Assembly: GCA_947373115.1 (NCBI GenBank)
Contig: CANBWJ010000128.1
Coordinates: 1-61,008, forward strand
Length of the DNA stretch: 61,008 nt
Direction: 5' to 3'
From: Opitutia bacterium
GTDB lineage: Bacteria; Verrucomicrobiota; Verrucomicrobiia; Opitutales; UBA953
Shown here: one piece after another, positions 6,535 to 14,041 of the stretch
Position numbering within the stretch: the first letter of the stretch is position 1
Layout of the letters: each line of letters opens with the position of its first letter
The notes under the pieces: generated by a model
The model's input: the letters and a program-made list of their open reading frames with translations, nothing else
What the model was told of the DNA's origin: nothing
The model's database searches: none
Translations under genes and position numbers: made by a program

Positions 6535-6683
6535 TGGTCCTTCTCCTTCTTCGATCCGCGCAGGATGCAGAGGCTGCGCGCCTTCCTGACAATGTTGGAA
6601 TGGACGATGCACCAGCCCTCTTCGTACTTGGTGCCCGCCCTGCCCTTGTTGTGGTAAACACAACCCTTGCAATGCTTGCTCAT
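6531..6683 (-). CDS. Cys-rich micro-protein (50 aa)
   Basis: Own translation MSKHCKGCVYHNKGRAGTKYEEGWCIVHSNIVRKARSLCILRGSKKEKDQ. ATGA overlaps at both ends (6680-6683, 6531-6534). Below the track length cutoff. Confidence 0.4.
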   Translation of the reverse strand: MSKHCKGCVYHNKGRAGTKYEEGWCIVHSNIVRKARSLCILRGSKKEKDQ

Positions 6684-6901
6684 CCCACCTTCTCCCATCT
6701 CAGATCAACGGAATGTTCGGGCCAGACGTGATTGACGGCGCCGCAATGCTCGCACGAGGCATACTCGTTGGTGTACTCATGCTCGACGTGGATGCGCCAC
6801 GCGCCGCGCCTGCGGATCTCGGCCTTGTATTGGAAGTAAAGCTCCCCCGCCGAGGTCCTCGTGCAGGCGCTGCACTTGAAGCTGATGGGCTCAAGGGGCA
6901 T
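6680..6901 (-). CDS. Zinc-ribbon-like small protein (73 aa)
   Basis: Track ORF 6680..6901 with CSAC...CEHC Cys pairs. Confidence 0.55.
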   Translation of the reverse strand: MPLEPISFKCSACTRTSAGELYFQYKAEIRRRGAWRIHVEHEYTNEYASCEHCGAVNHVWPEHSVDLRWEKVG

Positions 6902-7118
6902 CGTCGAGGGCCTTGACGATCACCGCGTCGATCTCCGAGCTGAAGCGGTCGCGGCGGTTGTTGATCTTGGCGATCTCGTGCAGCGCGTCTTCCAACTGTT
7001 TGTTCCTGACCTTGTAGCCGACAAGCTCAAGGTTCAGTCGCATGACTTCGCTCTTGAGCTGGTCAATCCATGCGTTCTGCTCGTTGAGCATCTTCTGGAC
7101 CCGCGAGGCTTCAGTCAT
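6891..7118 (-). CDS. Small coiled-coil protein (75 aa), last member of tandem array
   Basis: Inner ATG (MTEASRVQKML...) inside the conserved junction CTGGAGGGGGAAGATGACTGA, which overlaps the upstream stop. Confidence 0.55.
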   Translation of the reverse strand: MTEASRVQKMLNEQNAWIDQLKSEVMRLNLELVGYKVRNKQLEDALHEIAKINNRRDRFSSEIDAVIVKALDDAP

Positions 7119-7371
7119 CTTCCCCCTCCAGTGAGTTGCGGGCAAACTTCCTGATTTCTTCAATTGTCTGGTGTGGATCAGCGATGCTAATCGGATACCA
7201 TGCGTAGATATGCGTCAGCGCCGCCTCCAGCTTCTCAATGTGGATGTTCAAGATGCCGTTTCCAACCAATAGGTTGGCACAGCGATTTTCCAGATGCTCG
7301 ATGCGGTCGGCGGCCTCATCTAATTCAGCAATTCCTTCGGCGCGCAGCCGCTCTACAAGATCATCAGTCAT
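7111..7371 (-). CDS. Paralogous small protein (MTDDLVERLR...LEGEDD), 86 aa
   Basis: Inner ATG of track ORF 7111..7401. Shares LVERLR, AADRIE.LE and a terminal LEG(K/E)DD with its neighbours. Confidence 0.6.
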   Translation of the reverse strand: MTDDLVERLRAEGIAELDEAADRIEHLENRCANLLVGNGILNIHIEKLEAALTHIYAWYPISIADPHQTIEEIRKFARNSLEGEDD

Positions 7372-7588
7372 CTTTCCCCTCCAATAACAGATCCATTTCA
7401 TGCGCGATCATGTGCGGTTGATAGCCAAGCGGCGTTTCATTGCGATACCTCCGCAGCGCCGCCTCCAGCTTCTCGATGCGGGCTGCGGCATCAAATGCGT
7501 TGCGGCATTGTTCTTCGGCCCCACAGGGGGTGCTTGAGAAATTACAACTGCAATTATTACGCAGCCGCTCCACAAGATTATAGGTCAT
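7364..7588 (-). CDS. Paralogous small protein (MTYNLVERLR...LEGKDD), 74 aa
   Basis: Inner ATG of track ORF 7364..7729, in the conserved junction. Confidence 0.6.
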   Translation of the reverse strand: MTYNLVERLRNNCSCNFSSTPCGAEEQCRNAFDAAARIEKLEAALRRYRNETPLGYQPHMIAHEMDLLLEGKDD

Positions 7589-7883
7589 CTTTCCCCTCCA
7601 GTGCTTTGCGGGCGACGGCGCGCATAGAGCGCGATACCGCGCAACATTCCCATCCGTCACATAGATCCAACAGCGCCGCCTCCAGCTTCTTGATGCGGTC
7701 AACATAACCATCGCTGTCAAGATCAGCACGGCTATTCAACCGAACATTGGCCGCGAAGAGAACGCCGTTTTCTTCCACCAGCTTCTCGATGCGGTCGGCG
7801 GCTTCCCCGTAAACCCACGGATGATAAACGGCGCTATCAATATCAGCATAGCAGCGCAGCCGCTTCACAAGATCATCAGACAT
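7578..7883 (-). CDS. Paralogous small protein (MSDDLVKRLR...LEGKDDL), 101 aa
   Basis: Inner ATG of track ORF 7578..7916. Contains two RI(E/K)KLE segments. Confidence 0.6.
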   Translation of the reverse strand: MSDDLVKRLRCYADIDSAVYHPWVYGEAADRIEKLVEENGVLFAANVRLNSRADLDSDGYVDRIKKLEAALLDLCDGWECCAVSRSMRAVARKALEGKDDL

Positions 7884-8064
7884 CGAAGTTCTCCCCCTCC
7901 GTATATTCGACTTCAATCTTCAAACGCGCGACAGGCTTTGTTGGGCGGATGTTCGCCCAATAGTCTGCGGCCTTCTTGAGCATGAACGCTTCAACATAAA
8001 CGTCATCTTTGCCTATGTTGATGTAGAGCGTCTTTTTGATGCGCTTAGGTGCGGGATCAGTCAT
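7876..8064 (-). CDS. Hypothetical small protein (62 aa)
   Basis: Inner ATG (MTDPAPKRIKK...) of track ORF 7876..8178. The start is embedded in the conserved junction. Confidence 0.55.
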   Translation of the reverse strand: MTDPAPKRIKKTLYINIGKDDVYVEAFMLKKAADYWANIRPTKPVARLKIEVEYTEGENFDV

Positions 8065-8242
8065 CTTTCCCCTCCAGTGCGGCGAGCGTCTCGGGCTTGA
8101 GGTAGCACCAATCTGCGCGAGATATGTATTGGGACATATCCACGAGCGCCAGCTCCAGCTTTTCGATGCGTTCTTCATCGACGAACATCTGCCTCGTCAA
8201 TTCATTGACAGCCGTGACTATCGCGTAAATTTCAGGCTTCAT
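8057..8242 (-). CDS. Small protein (61 aa) ending ...RIEKLELAL...LAALEGKDD; first member of array
   Basis: Track ORF 8057..8242. Overlaps the methyltransferase stop by 11 nt. Confidence 0.55.
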   Translation of the reverse strand: MKPEIYAIVTAVNELTRQMFVDEERIEKLELALVDMSQYISRADWCYLKPETLAALEGKDD

Positions 8243-9284
8243 CCAAGGTCTCCATCAGGGCTTTGACGACTTCCGCCGCGAGGGGCGCAACGATGGCGTT
8301 GCCGTAGGCGCGCAGCTTTCCCACTCGTCCGGGAACCCCATGAGCCAGCAAGGGAAGGCCGGGTTTAAGGCGCCGGGCCTTTCGGTCTGATCCTTCGACC
8401 CAGATGGCGTCGGACCAGAAAGATGAGCCGCGTCGATCAGGCTTGTGCCCGTGTGCGCGCCCCGAGCCTTCTTGGCCTCTGGTGTCTCCGGCGAACCCCG
8501 AGTGCTGTCTGTCGAGGTCGGCGTCGGCCATGTGGCCGCGTAAAGATGAATGGCCACGTCCGCCGTGCTTATCTGCGGATCGCTCCGCTTCCTGCCCTCC
8601 ATCACTGGCGGGCGCGACTTGGCCTCCACGACTGTGCTGTTGGGCGTCGGCCACGTCGTGATGATCTTCACGACGCCCGGCAGGCTGACGGTGACCTTCG
8701 TCCCGTTCGGGCGCCTGCCCGTCGCGCTTGCCTGCCCCATCCCATGCCCACCGTCCCCGTCCGCCTTCGTCGGTGTCGGCCACGTTGACGGCGCCCCAAT
8801 AGAGCCGCTGACGAATATGCGGGGCTCCAACCGCGAGAGCTGCGAGATCGAATGCCCCGCTGGCGTAACCTTCCGCCGCCAAGTCAGCTCGTACTCCATC
8901 GAGCCATCCGTACCCAGCCTTTCGCGCAACTTGTTCTCCCAGCACGACAGGGGGTCGGCAGGCGCGGATGAGGCGCCGGGCCTCTGGCCAGAGGTGGCGG
9001 GGGTCTGCTTCCCCGAGCCCTTTGCCCGCCTCGCTGAACGGTTGGCACGGGCAAGAGGCTGTCCAGACAGGGCGATGAGCTGGCCACCCCGCGAGACGTA
9101 GTGCTTGGCTCCATCCGCCGATCCCGGCGAAGAGATGGACCTGTTGAAATCCTGCAAGGTCGGAAGGTCGAATATCGACAATTGAGTGGGTGCAGACTTC
9201 ACCATCAGGGATTAATCCTTCCTTGATCAGGTTGCGCAGCCATTGAGCCGCATATGGGTCGATTTCATTGTAGAAGGAGGGCAT
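8232..9284 (-). CDS. DNA (cytosine-5)-methyltransferase
   Basis: Track ORF with FAGIGG (motif I), PCQPFS (IV), LGEQV (VI-like), HIRQRLYW (VIII) and LRAYGNAIVAP (X). The central ~120 aa are low complexity. See finding on the second frame. Confidence 0.8.
   Translation of the reverse strand: MPSFYNEIDPYAAQWLRNLIKEGLIPDGEVCTHSIVDIRPSDLAGFQQVHLFAGIGGWSQALRLAGWPAHRPVWTASCPCQPFSEAGKGLGEADPRHLWPEARRLIRACRPPVVLGEQVARKAGYGWLDGVRADLAAEGYASGAFDLAALAVGAPHIRQRLYWGAVNVADTDEGGRGRWAWDGAGKRDGQAPERDEGHRQPAGRREDHHDVADAQQHSRGGQVAPASDGGQEAERSADKHGGRGHSSLRGHMADADLDRQHSGFAGDTRGQEGSGRAHGHKPDRRGSSFWSDAIWVEGSDRKARRLKPGLPLLAHGVPGRVGKLRAYGNAIVAPLAAEVVKALMETLDEA
8255..9205 (-). other. +1-frame ORF (316 codons) fully inside the methyltransferase gene, carrying WPTP repeats and LNPAFPCWLMGFPDEW
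   Basis: Track ORF 8255..9205. WPTPT/WPTPN/WPTPT at aa 142, 185 and 225; LNPAFPCWLMGFPDEW at aa 280-295. I recall these motifs from phage cytosine methyltransferases. Status (dual coding, recoding or relic) is unresolved. Confidence 0.4.
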
Positions 9285-9838
9285 CAGATCGGCTCCTTAT
9301 GCAAACTCTCAAGGTAGGAGATGAGCTGCCATCCGCTAATAGCTTCCTTTGACCTATAAGGGTTCCCGTGGCGACTGATGCCCTCCTTGTTGGGGGGCAA
9401 CGTCACGGTCCCTAATTTCCTTTCGTTGATCAAACGTCTCAGTGACGTGGAGCCTATATTAAGAGCCTTTGCTACCTCCTGCGGCGTGTACAGGATGTCG
9501 AACCTAACGACGTTGCCGGTCAGCTCCTTGCGGCTTTTTTCAGCTAAGGATTTCCGTTTTTCATCCTCCAGTGCTTTGCGCTGCCTCTCCTCCTCCAGCA
9601 TCAATTGATTATGCCGGGGGCGCATGATGTTGTGCTTGGGCTTCTCTGCGAAAATCGCCTTGGCCTCCGCCTCAACTGTCTCCTCGCGCGTCTTGAAGTT
9701 TTCAATTTCGACGCGCGAGATGCTTTCGAACCAATGCGAATGGTCCTTGTGCTGCCCAAGACGATTGATCGCGCTCAGGGAAATCCCGATGTAGAGCAAG
9801 GCACCCTCTCGGTCGAAGTGCCTATACAGATGCGGCAT
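9284..9838 (-). CDS. GIY-YIG-like nuclease domain protein with C-terminal HTH
   Basis: LYRHFDREGALLYIGISLSAINRLGQHKD (GIY-YIG-like) followed by YTPQEVAKALNIGSTSLRRLINERKL (excisionase/MerR-type HTH). Confidence 0.5.
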   Translation of the reverse strand: MPHLYRHFDREGALLYIGISLSAINRLGQHKDHSHWFESISRVEIENFKTREETVEAEAKAIFAEKPKHNIMRPRHNQLMLEEERQRKALEDEKRKSLAEKSRKELTGNVVRFDILYTPQEVAKALNIGSTSLRRLINERKLGTVTLPPNKEGISRHGNPYRSKEAISGWQLISYLESLHKEPI

Positions 9839-9847
9839 TGTGGCCCC

Positions 9848-10084
9848 CTATTGCTTGTCCGCAGCCTCGGCGGAGAACTCCTTCAGATGCTCCTCGACGG
9901 CCTTGAAGACGTGCTTCAGGTTCTGCTCCCAATTGGGCTGGGTGCTGGTGTTGAACATGGCCTCAGCCAAAATGAAGGCGAGGCTGTTCATGATGACCGG
10001 GCCGCCCTTGTCCTTCAGGATGAGGCGGACACGGGCCACAACCTTCTCGCATTCCTCGGCGAGGCGTTCGTTATCAAAGTCCAT
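9848..10084 (-). CDS. Hypothetical protein (78 aa)
   Basis: Track ORF 9848..10084, tightly packed between its neighbours. Confidence 0.55.
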   Translation of the reverse strand: MDFDNERLAEECEKVVARVRLILKDKGGPVIMNSLAFILAEAMFNTSTQPNWEQNLKHVFKAVEEHLKEFSAEAADKQ

Positions 10085-10096
10085 TAACTTTCCCCT

Positions 10097-12226
10097 CTAG
10101 TCGATTGATCCAATTACTTTAAGGCCTTGCATCTTGGTGCTTTTGTCCGCGACCTCGTAGGACAAAATCTGGTTGGACAACCATGTGTCCACCATCATCT
10201 CGACCACCTTTTCGGGGAGGTCGAATTGCTGGCTCAGAACCGCCGAGGCATACCGCCCCTGCTTGCGGGTCTGGGAATAGCTGGAGAGCGGGCGCCCTGA
10301 GAACCATGCGATCCTGATCACGTTCAGCATGTCGCGGCAGGCCTGCTTCTCGGGCCAGACGCTCTTGGCTTCCGCCTTGGCGTTCGCCTGCGCAGCATAG
10401 AGGCTACCCTCGCCCGTGATGTCGTTCACGGTCACCTTCTTGAGTTCGAAGGCCTGCCGCCAACCGTCCTCCGCCGACTTGATCTTGCGGGCGTGGATCT
10501 CGCCGATCATCTCGCCCTCCTCGCGCTCAATGCCGAGCAGGAAGTCACCGGCGCCGTCGAAGACCGTTGACCCCCGCAGGTTGCCCGCCCGGCTCGTGTG
10601 GTGGACGCCCACGACCGTGGCCCCGAAGGTATTGCGCACGGCGTCACAGGCGCCGATGAAGAGGGTCATGTCCTTCTGCAAGTTCTCGTCGGCGCCGGGC
10701 AGGACGCGGCTGACTGTGTCCACGAAGACGGTGACGGGGAACTCCCCGGCGACCTTGCCGATCTCGGCCACGGTGCGCAGGAGCTTCTCCACGTCGCTCT
10801 GGGCCATGAAGTTGATCGTTTGCTGGATCAGGTAGAAGGGAAGCCCGCGAACCCTCACGCCAGCCTCCTTCTCCCACGCGAGGATGCGGGTTCCGATGTC
10901 GCCCACGCCCTCAGACGAGATGTAGACGACGGGGCCGGTCTTGTTGATGGCGCGGCCAAACCAGTCGGCGCGCTGGGCGCAGATCGACAATCCCATGCCG
11001 ATGGTGATGAAGGACTTGCCGCAACCCGGAGGGCCGTAGACGAACCCCAGCCCCGTTTCGATCATCAACTTGTCGATCAGGTACTTGGGCTTGGGAAGTG
11101 ACAAGATCCCTTCAATGTCGAGGAACTCAAATAGATCAACGGTCGTTGGCTTAACGACATCAATGAACAGCTCGCCGGTTTCCTCGTCCACCTTGTAGAA
11201 CTTGACGGGCTGCGGTTCATCGGCCTGATCGAAAGGGCGGCTGGGGCGCTCCACTGCCGCATGCTCGGCCACCTTCCCATCCCACTGGTCGATGGCGTTG
11301 GACCACTTGTGGCGGAACATTGAGATGCCCCTGCCCTCGCGCTCCAGAAGGTCGACGTTCGACACGCCGTACCCGCCCTGAATGCGGCTCTTCACCTTGC
11401 GCTCGTAGGTGGCGAAGCTTTCGAGCATGTGCTTTTCGGACAAAGTCCCCAGATCTCCGGGGCATTCGCGCTTCAAGTCCACGACCGCAGCCCAGACCAA
11501 CTTGGTCATGTAGTCCTCGCGGCCATCGACGATATTGCCAAAGTTATCCACAGCTTTATTTGGTGACGCAGTTTTTTCGCCTGTTACACGGTTCACGCCA
11601 CTTGACCCGCCATGCTCAATGGCGAGCTGGGTGATCTGGTCACAGAACCATTGCGGCGCCGGTGCTATGTCCATCTCCCACGGCTCGTGGCCGTCCTTCC
11701 AGCGGTATGACTTGCCGCTCTCGTGGGTGCTGGGTGGCATCATGGCGAAGCCTCCCTGCCCCCGGATGTCCACACCGATGCTTGTCTTGCATGTCGGGGG
11801 AACCCATCCCAGAGGGGCGCGGAAGAAGAGCTGGATGCCTCCGCCGCCGGTGGCCTGCTCAACTGTTTCCAGCTCACCGGCGCCCTGTTTCATGTGAAAC
11901 ATATCGTCCCACCACGCCTGCGCCCGCACGTCCTTGTGCAGATCCAGATCGACGACGAAGATCCCGTTCGAGCAGGCGCCCGCAATCAGGCCCATGTTGT
12001 TGCGACGGGCATGCTCGCCCTCTTCGCCGTACCAACGCTCGAACGTAAAGTCCGGGATCAGCTCGCTCTCCAACTCTCTCCACTTCGGGAGGGCGGGGCG
12101 CTTCCATTGCTGGCGGTTTTCCTTGTGGCTCATGGCCGGGACGACTTGCATCCCGACCGAGCGATACATGCGCGCCCACTCTGTGGGGTCGGCGAAATCA
12201 GGGTCAAACGACATTGCCAAGCTCAT
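10097..12226 (-). CDS. Bifunctional primase-polymerase (Prim-Pol) / helicase-type ATPase with C-terminal DNA-binding-like domain
   Basis: GIFVVDLDLH...GGGIQLFFRAP...GVDIRGQGGFAMMPPSTHESGKSYRW (Prim-Pol). GFVYGPPGCGKSF (Walker A), VFVDTVSRV (Walker B). Start set at MSLAMSF after GAGAtggatATG; track ORF start at 12289 is the alternative. Confidence 0.85.
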   Translation of the reverse strand: MSLAMSFDPDFADPTEWARMYRSVGMQVVPAMSHKENRQQWKRPALPKWRELESELIPDFTFERWYGEEGEHARRNNMGLIAGACSNGIFVVDLDLHKDVRAQAWWDDMFHMKQGAGELETVEQATGGGGIQLFFRAPLGWVPPTCKTSIGVDIRGQGGFAMMPPSTHESGKSYRWKDGHEPWEMDIAPAPQWFCDQITQLAIEHGGSSGVNRVTGEKTASPNKAVDNFGNIVDGREDYMTKLVWAAVVDLKRECPGDLGTLSEKHMLESFATYERKVKSRIQGGYGVSNVDLLEREGRGISMFRHKWSNAIDQWDGKVAEHAAVERPSRPFDQADEPQPVKFYKVDEETGELFIDVVKPTTVDLFEFLDIEGILSLPKPKYLIDKLMIETGLGFVYGPPGCGKSFITIGMGLSICAQRADWFGRAINKTGPVVYISSEGVGDIGTRILAWEKEAGVRVRGLPFYLIQQTINFMAQSDVEKLLRTVAEIGKVAGEFPVTVFVDTVSRVLPGADENLQKDMTLFIGACDAVRNTFGATVVGVHHTSRAGNLRGSTVFDGAGDFLLGIEREEGEMIGEIHARKIKSAEDGWRQAFELKKVTVNDITGEGSLYAAQANAKAEAKSVWPEKQACRDMLNVIRIAWFSGRPLSSYSQTRKQGRYASAVLSQQFDLPEKVVEMMVDTWLSNQILSYEVADKSTKMQGLKVIGSID
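11540..11553 (+). promoter_or_regulatory. Third copy of AAAGTTATCCACAG (perfect DnaA box) inside the primase gene
   Basis: Exact 14-nt match to the cores of 1514..1531 and 2647..2664. Located in coding sequence (antisense strand of the gene). Confidence 0.4.
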
Positions 12227-12239
12227 ATCCATCTCGATT

Positions 12240-12710
12240 TCAACGTGTTGCTGCGAACCATGCCATGCAGGCCGCATCTGCGCGGCCATCGTGCTTCTTC
12301 AGGGCGAACAGGCCCGCGTAGTTGGGGAACAGCTCCATCGCCCGCTGGCGAGATCCGTCCTTGCCGCCACGGACGCCCGCAGCCTTCTGCCACACCTGTG
12401 GGGTGACGATAGAGATGGGGAACTTGTGGGCGGCGAGAACGCCCTCAATAAGGCCAACGCTGCGCCCGAAGGAGAAGACAGAGCTGACCCCCTGACCCGG
12501 CATTGCCCCAACCCGCTCCAAGACAACGTCGCGCACTTCCTCGGCGAGGTAGAAAATGCTGGCCACGCCGTAGGGGCTGACTTCTTTCTTCACCTTGTTG
12601 TTTCGCTTAACTTCAAGAACGGGCATGTCCACAATGGACAGGTGGCCCTTCTCGGTGTCGAGGAAGGCGATGGCGCCATTCAGGCCGGGGTCGATGCCGA
12701 TGTAAATCAC
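12240..12710 (-). CDS. ruvC: RuvC-like Holliday junction resolvase
   Basis: (V)IYIGIDPGLNGAIAFLD...VLERVGAMPGQGVSSVFSFGRSVG...KKHDGRADAACMAWF. GTG start at 12710 forms a GTGA overlap with the upstream stop. The track ORF extends to 12755. Confidence 0.8.
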   Translation of the reverse strand: MIYIGIDPGLNGAIAFLDTEKGHLSIVDMPVLEVKRNNKVKKEVSPYGVASIFYLAEEVRDVVLERVGAMPGQGVSSVFSFGRSVGLIEGVLAAHKFPISIVTPQVWQKAAGVRGGKDGSRQRAMELFPNYAGLFALKKHDGRADAACMAWFAATR

Positions 12711-12907
12711 GCTGCGGTCCTTGCTGCCTCGTCGAGGGCGGTGAAGTGATCCCAATTGACCACGCCGCGCGTGGCCTCAATGATCTGCGGGCGCCAGCGA
12801 TGGGGCACCATTTCCCTGTTCTTCCACTTCGTGCGGGCGTGGCGGCTGACGCCCAGCTTCTCCGCAGCGCGCAGGATCAAGTCCCACTCGTAGTCAGTCC
12901 TCTTCAT
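12707..12907 (-). CDS. Cro/YdaS-like HTH regulator (putative)
   Basis: AAEKLGVSRHARTKWKNREMVPHRW...IIEATRGVV resembles the Cro/YdaS family. Near the start of the leftward operon, next to the divergent control region. Confidence 0.45.
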   Translation of the reverse strand: MKRTDYEWDLILRAAEKLGVSRHARTKWKNREMVPHRWRPQIIEATRGVVNWDHFTALDEAARTAA

Positions 12908-13028
12908 CGTGTACCCTCACAAAAAAGTCGGCAAGCACCTCAAAGAAACCGATAACTCCGACGACTATCATGGTGGCTCCGACCATGAGCGCGATCCAGA
13001 TCAACATACCTGCAACAATCTCGCTCAC
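12894..13028 (-). CDS. Hydrophobic micro-protein (44 aa, one TM)
   Basis: Own translation from the GTG at 13028 after GGAGGcggtc: VSEIVAGMLIWIALMVGATMIVVGVIGFFEVLADFFVRVHDEED. Overlaps the next start by 14 nt. Below the track cutoff. Confidence 0.4.
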   Translation of the reverse strand: MSEIVAGMLIWIALMVGATMIVVGVIGFFEVLADFFVRVHDEED

Positions 13029-13052
13029 GACCGCCTCCAAGTGATTTGCGAA

Positions 13053-13080
13053 GGTTGAGACATTTTGTCCGCAAAGTCAA
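13053..13080 (-). promoter_or_regulatory. Putative leftward promoter (TTGACT-N16-TCAACC) with GACAAAATGTC site in the spacer
   Basis: -35 at 13080..13075 and -10 at 13058..13053 on the minus strand. Site at 13059..13069. Confidence 0.35.
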
Positions 13081-13091
13081 TCTGTGAAAAA

Positions 13092-13133
13092 GACAAAATG
13101 TCCGTTGACAGGTCCCTGCAAATCAGAATAGCC
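13092..13133 (+). promoter_or_regulatory. Putative rightward promoter (TTGACA-N18-TAGCCT) preceded by inverted GACAAAATGTC site
   Basis: Site at 13092..13102 is the reverse complement of 13059..13069. -35 at 13105..13110. RBS GAGGT lies before the ATG at 13160. Confidence 0.4.
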
Positions 13134-13159
13134 TGCTAACAGTTGAAATTGAGGTACAC

Positions 13160-13912
13160 ATGAAAAACCCTTTCGAGGTCCACGACCTCAAGCATCTCTC
13201 CCCGTCCGCCTGCAATCTTTTCACGAACAGCCCGGCGATGTTCGTGCTTGAGAAGTGCATGAAGAAGCGCAGCCCTGTCGGCGCCGCAGCCTATCGTGGC
13301 ACTGCCGTCGAGGCTGGTATCGTCGAGGGCCTGCTCAACGGGTCCGACGATGAAGCTTGCGTCAAGATCGCTCAGGTCGAGTTCGACAAGCTCACCGCGC
13401 TCTCAGGTGACAGCCGCCGCGAGAAGGAGGCGGGCGCCATTGGCGACATGGTCAAAATGGGCCTCGCAGAGCTTCGCCCGTATGGCCAGCCCACCTCGAC
13501 GCAGGGCAAGATCGAATACCACATCGAGGGCCTGATGGTCCCCATGATCGGTTTCTATGACTTCGAATGGGCAAATCATGGCATCCTCACGGACCTCAAA
13601 ACTACACATGCGCTTCCCTCGAAAATCTCCACCAGCCATGCACGGCAAGTTGCTCTCTATGTCGCTGCACGGGGTAACAATCTCGATGCGCGCCTCACCT
13701 ACGTCACAAGCAAAAAGTCTGCGACGTACCATCTGGAGAACGTGGCGCAGCATGTGCTGGCTTTGGAAAAGATTGCGCTGACCATTCAGCGTTTCCTGTC
13801 GATCTCCGATGACCCTGCCGAACTGGCGGCCATCGTTGTCCCGGAGGTGGACAGCTTCTATTTCGCAGATCCGATGGCGCGTAAAGCGGCCTTTGACGTG
13901 TGGGGTCTGTAA
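13160..13912 (+). CDS. PD-(D/E)XK family nuclease (Cas4/RecB-like recombination exonuclease)
   Basis: GFYDFEW...GILTDLKTT (D...D-x-K core)...SHARQVALY. First gene of the rightward operon. Confidence 0.6.
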   Translation: MKNPFEVHDLKHLSPSACNLFTNSPAMFVLEKCMKKRSPVGAAAYRGTAVEAGIVEGLLNGSDDEACVKIAQVEFDKLTALSGDSRREKEAGAIGDMVKMGLAELRPYGQPTSTQGKIEYHIEGLMVPMIGFYDFEWANHGILTDLKTTHALPSKISTSHARQVALYVAARGNNLDARLTYVTSKKSATYHLENVAQHVLALEKIALTIQRFLSISDDPAELAAIVVPEVDSFYFADPMARKAAFDVWGL

Positions 13913-14041
13913 CCAACGCCCCGCTGGTTGAGCCGCGCCAGCATGTCAGGGGGTGCCGGGAGGTCTCGGTAGCGGCCAATAGTTTCGCCCATGTGGGCAA
14001 AGGCGAGCGTCTGGCCAAACAGGCGCATCAGGAGAAGTAAA

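Noticed and set aside
8325-8335. G GGA AAG heptamer (lambda G/GT-type slippery sequence) in frame A of the methyltransferase gene, as the site of a programmed -1 shift.
   Set aside because: A -1 shift from frame A at this site enters the third frame (SGKAARLRQRHR...), not frame B. The shift needed from frame B to frame A would not use this heptamer in the correct register.
8404-9101. Plus-strand ORFs antisense to the methyltransferase (8404..8661, 8423..8788, 8550..9101).
   Set aside because: No motifs or RBS. These are GC-driven open frames opposite a well-supported gene. Only the same-strand +1 frame shows recognisable motifs.
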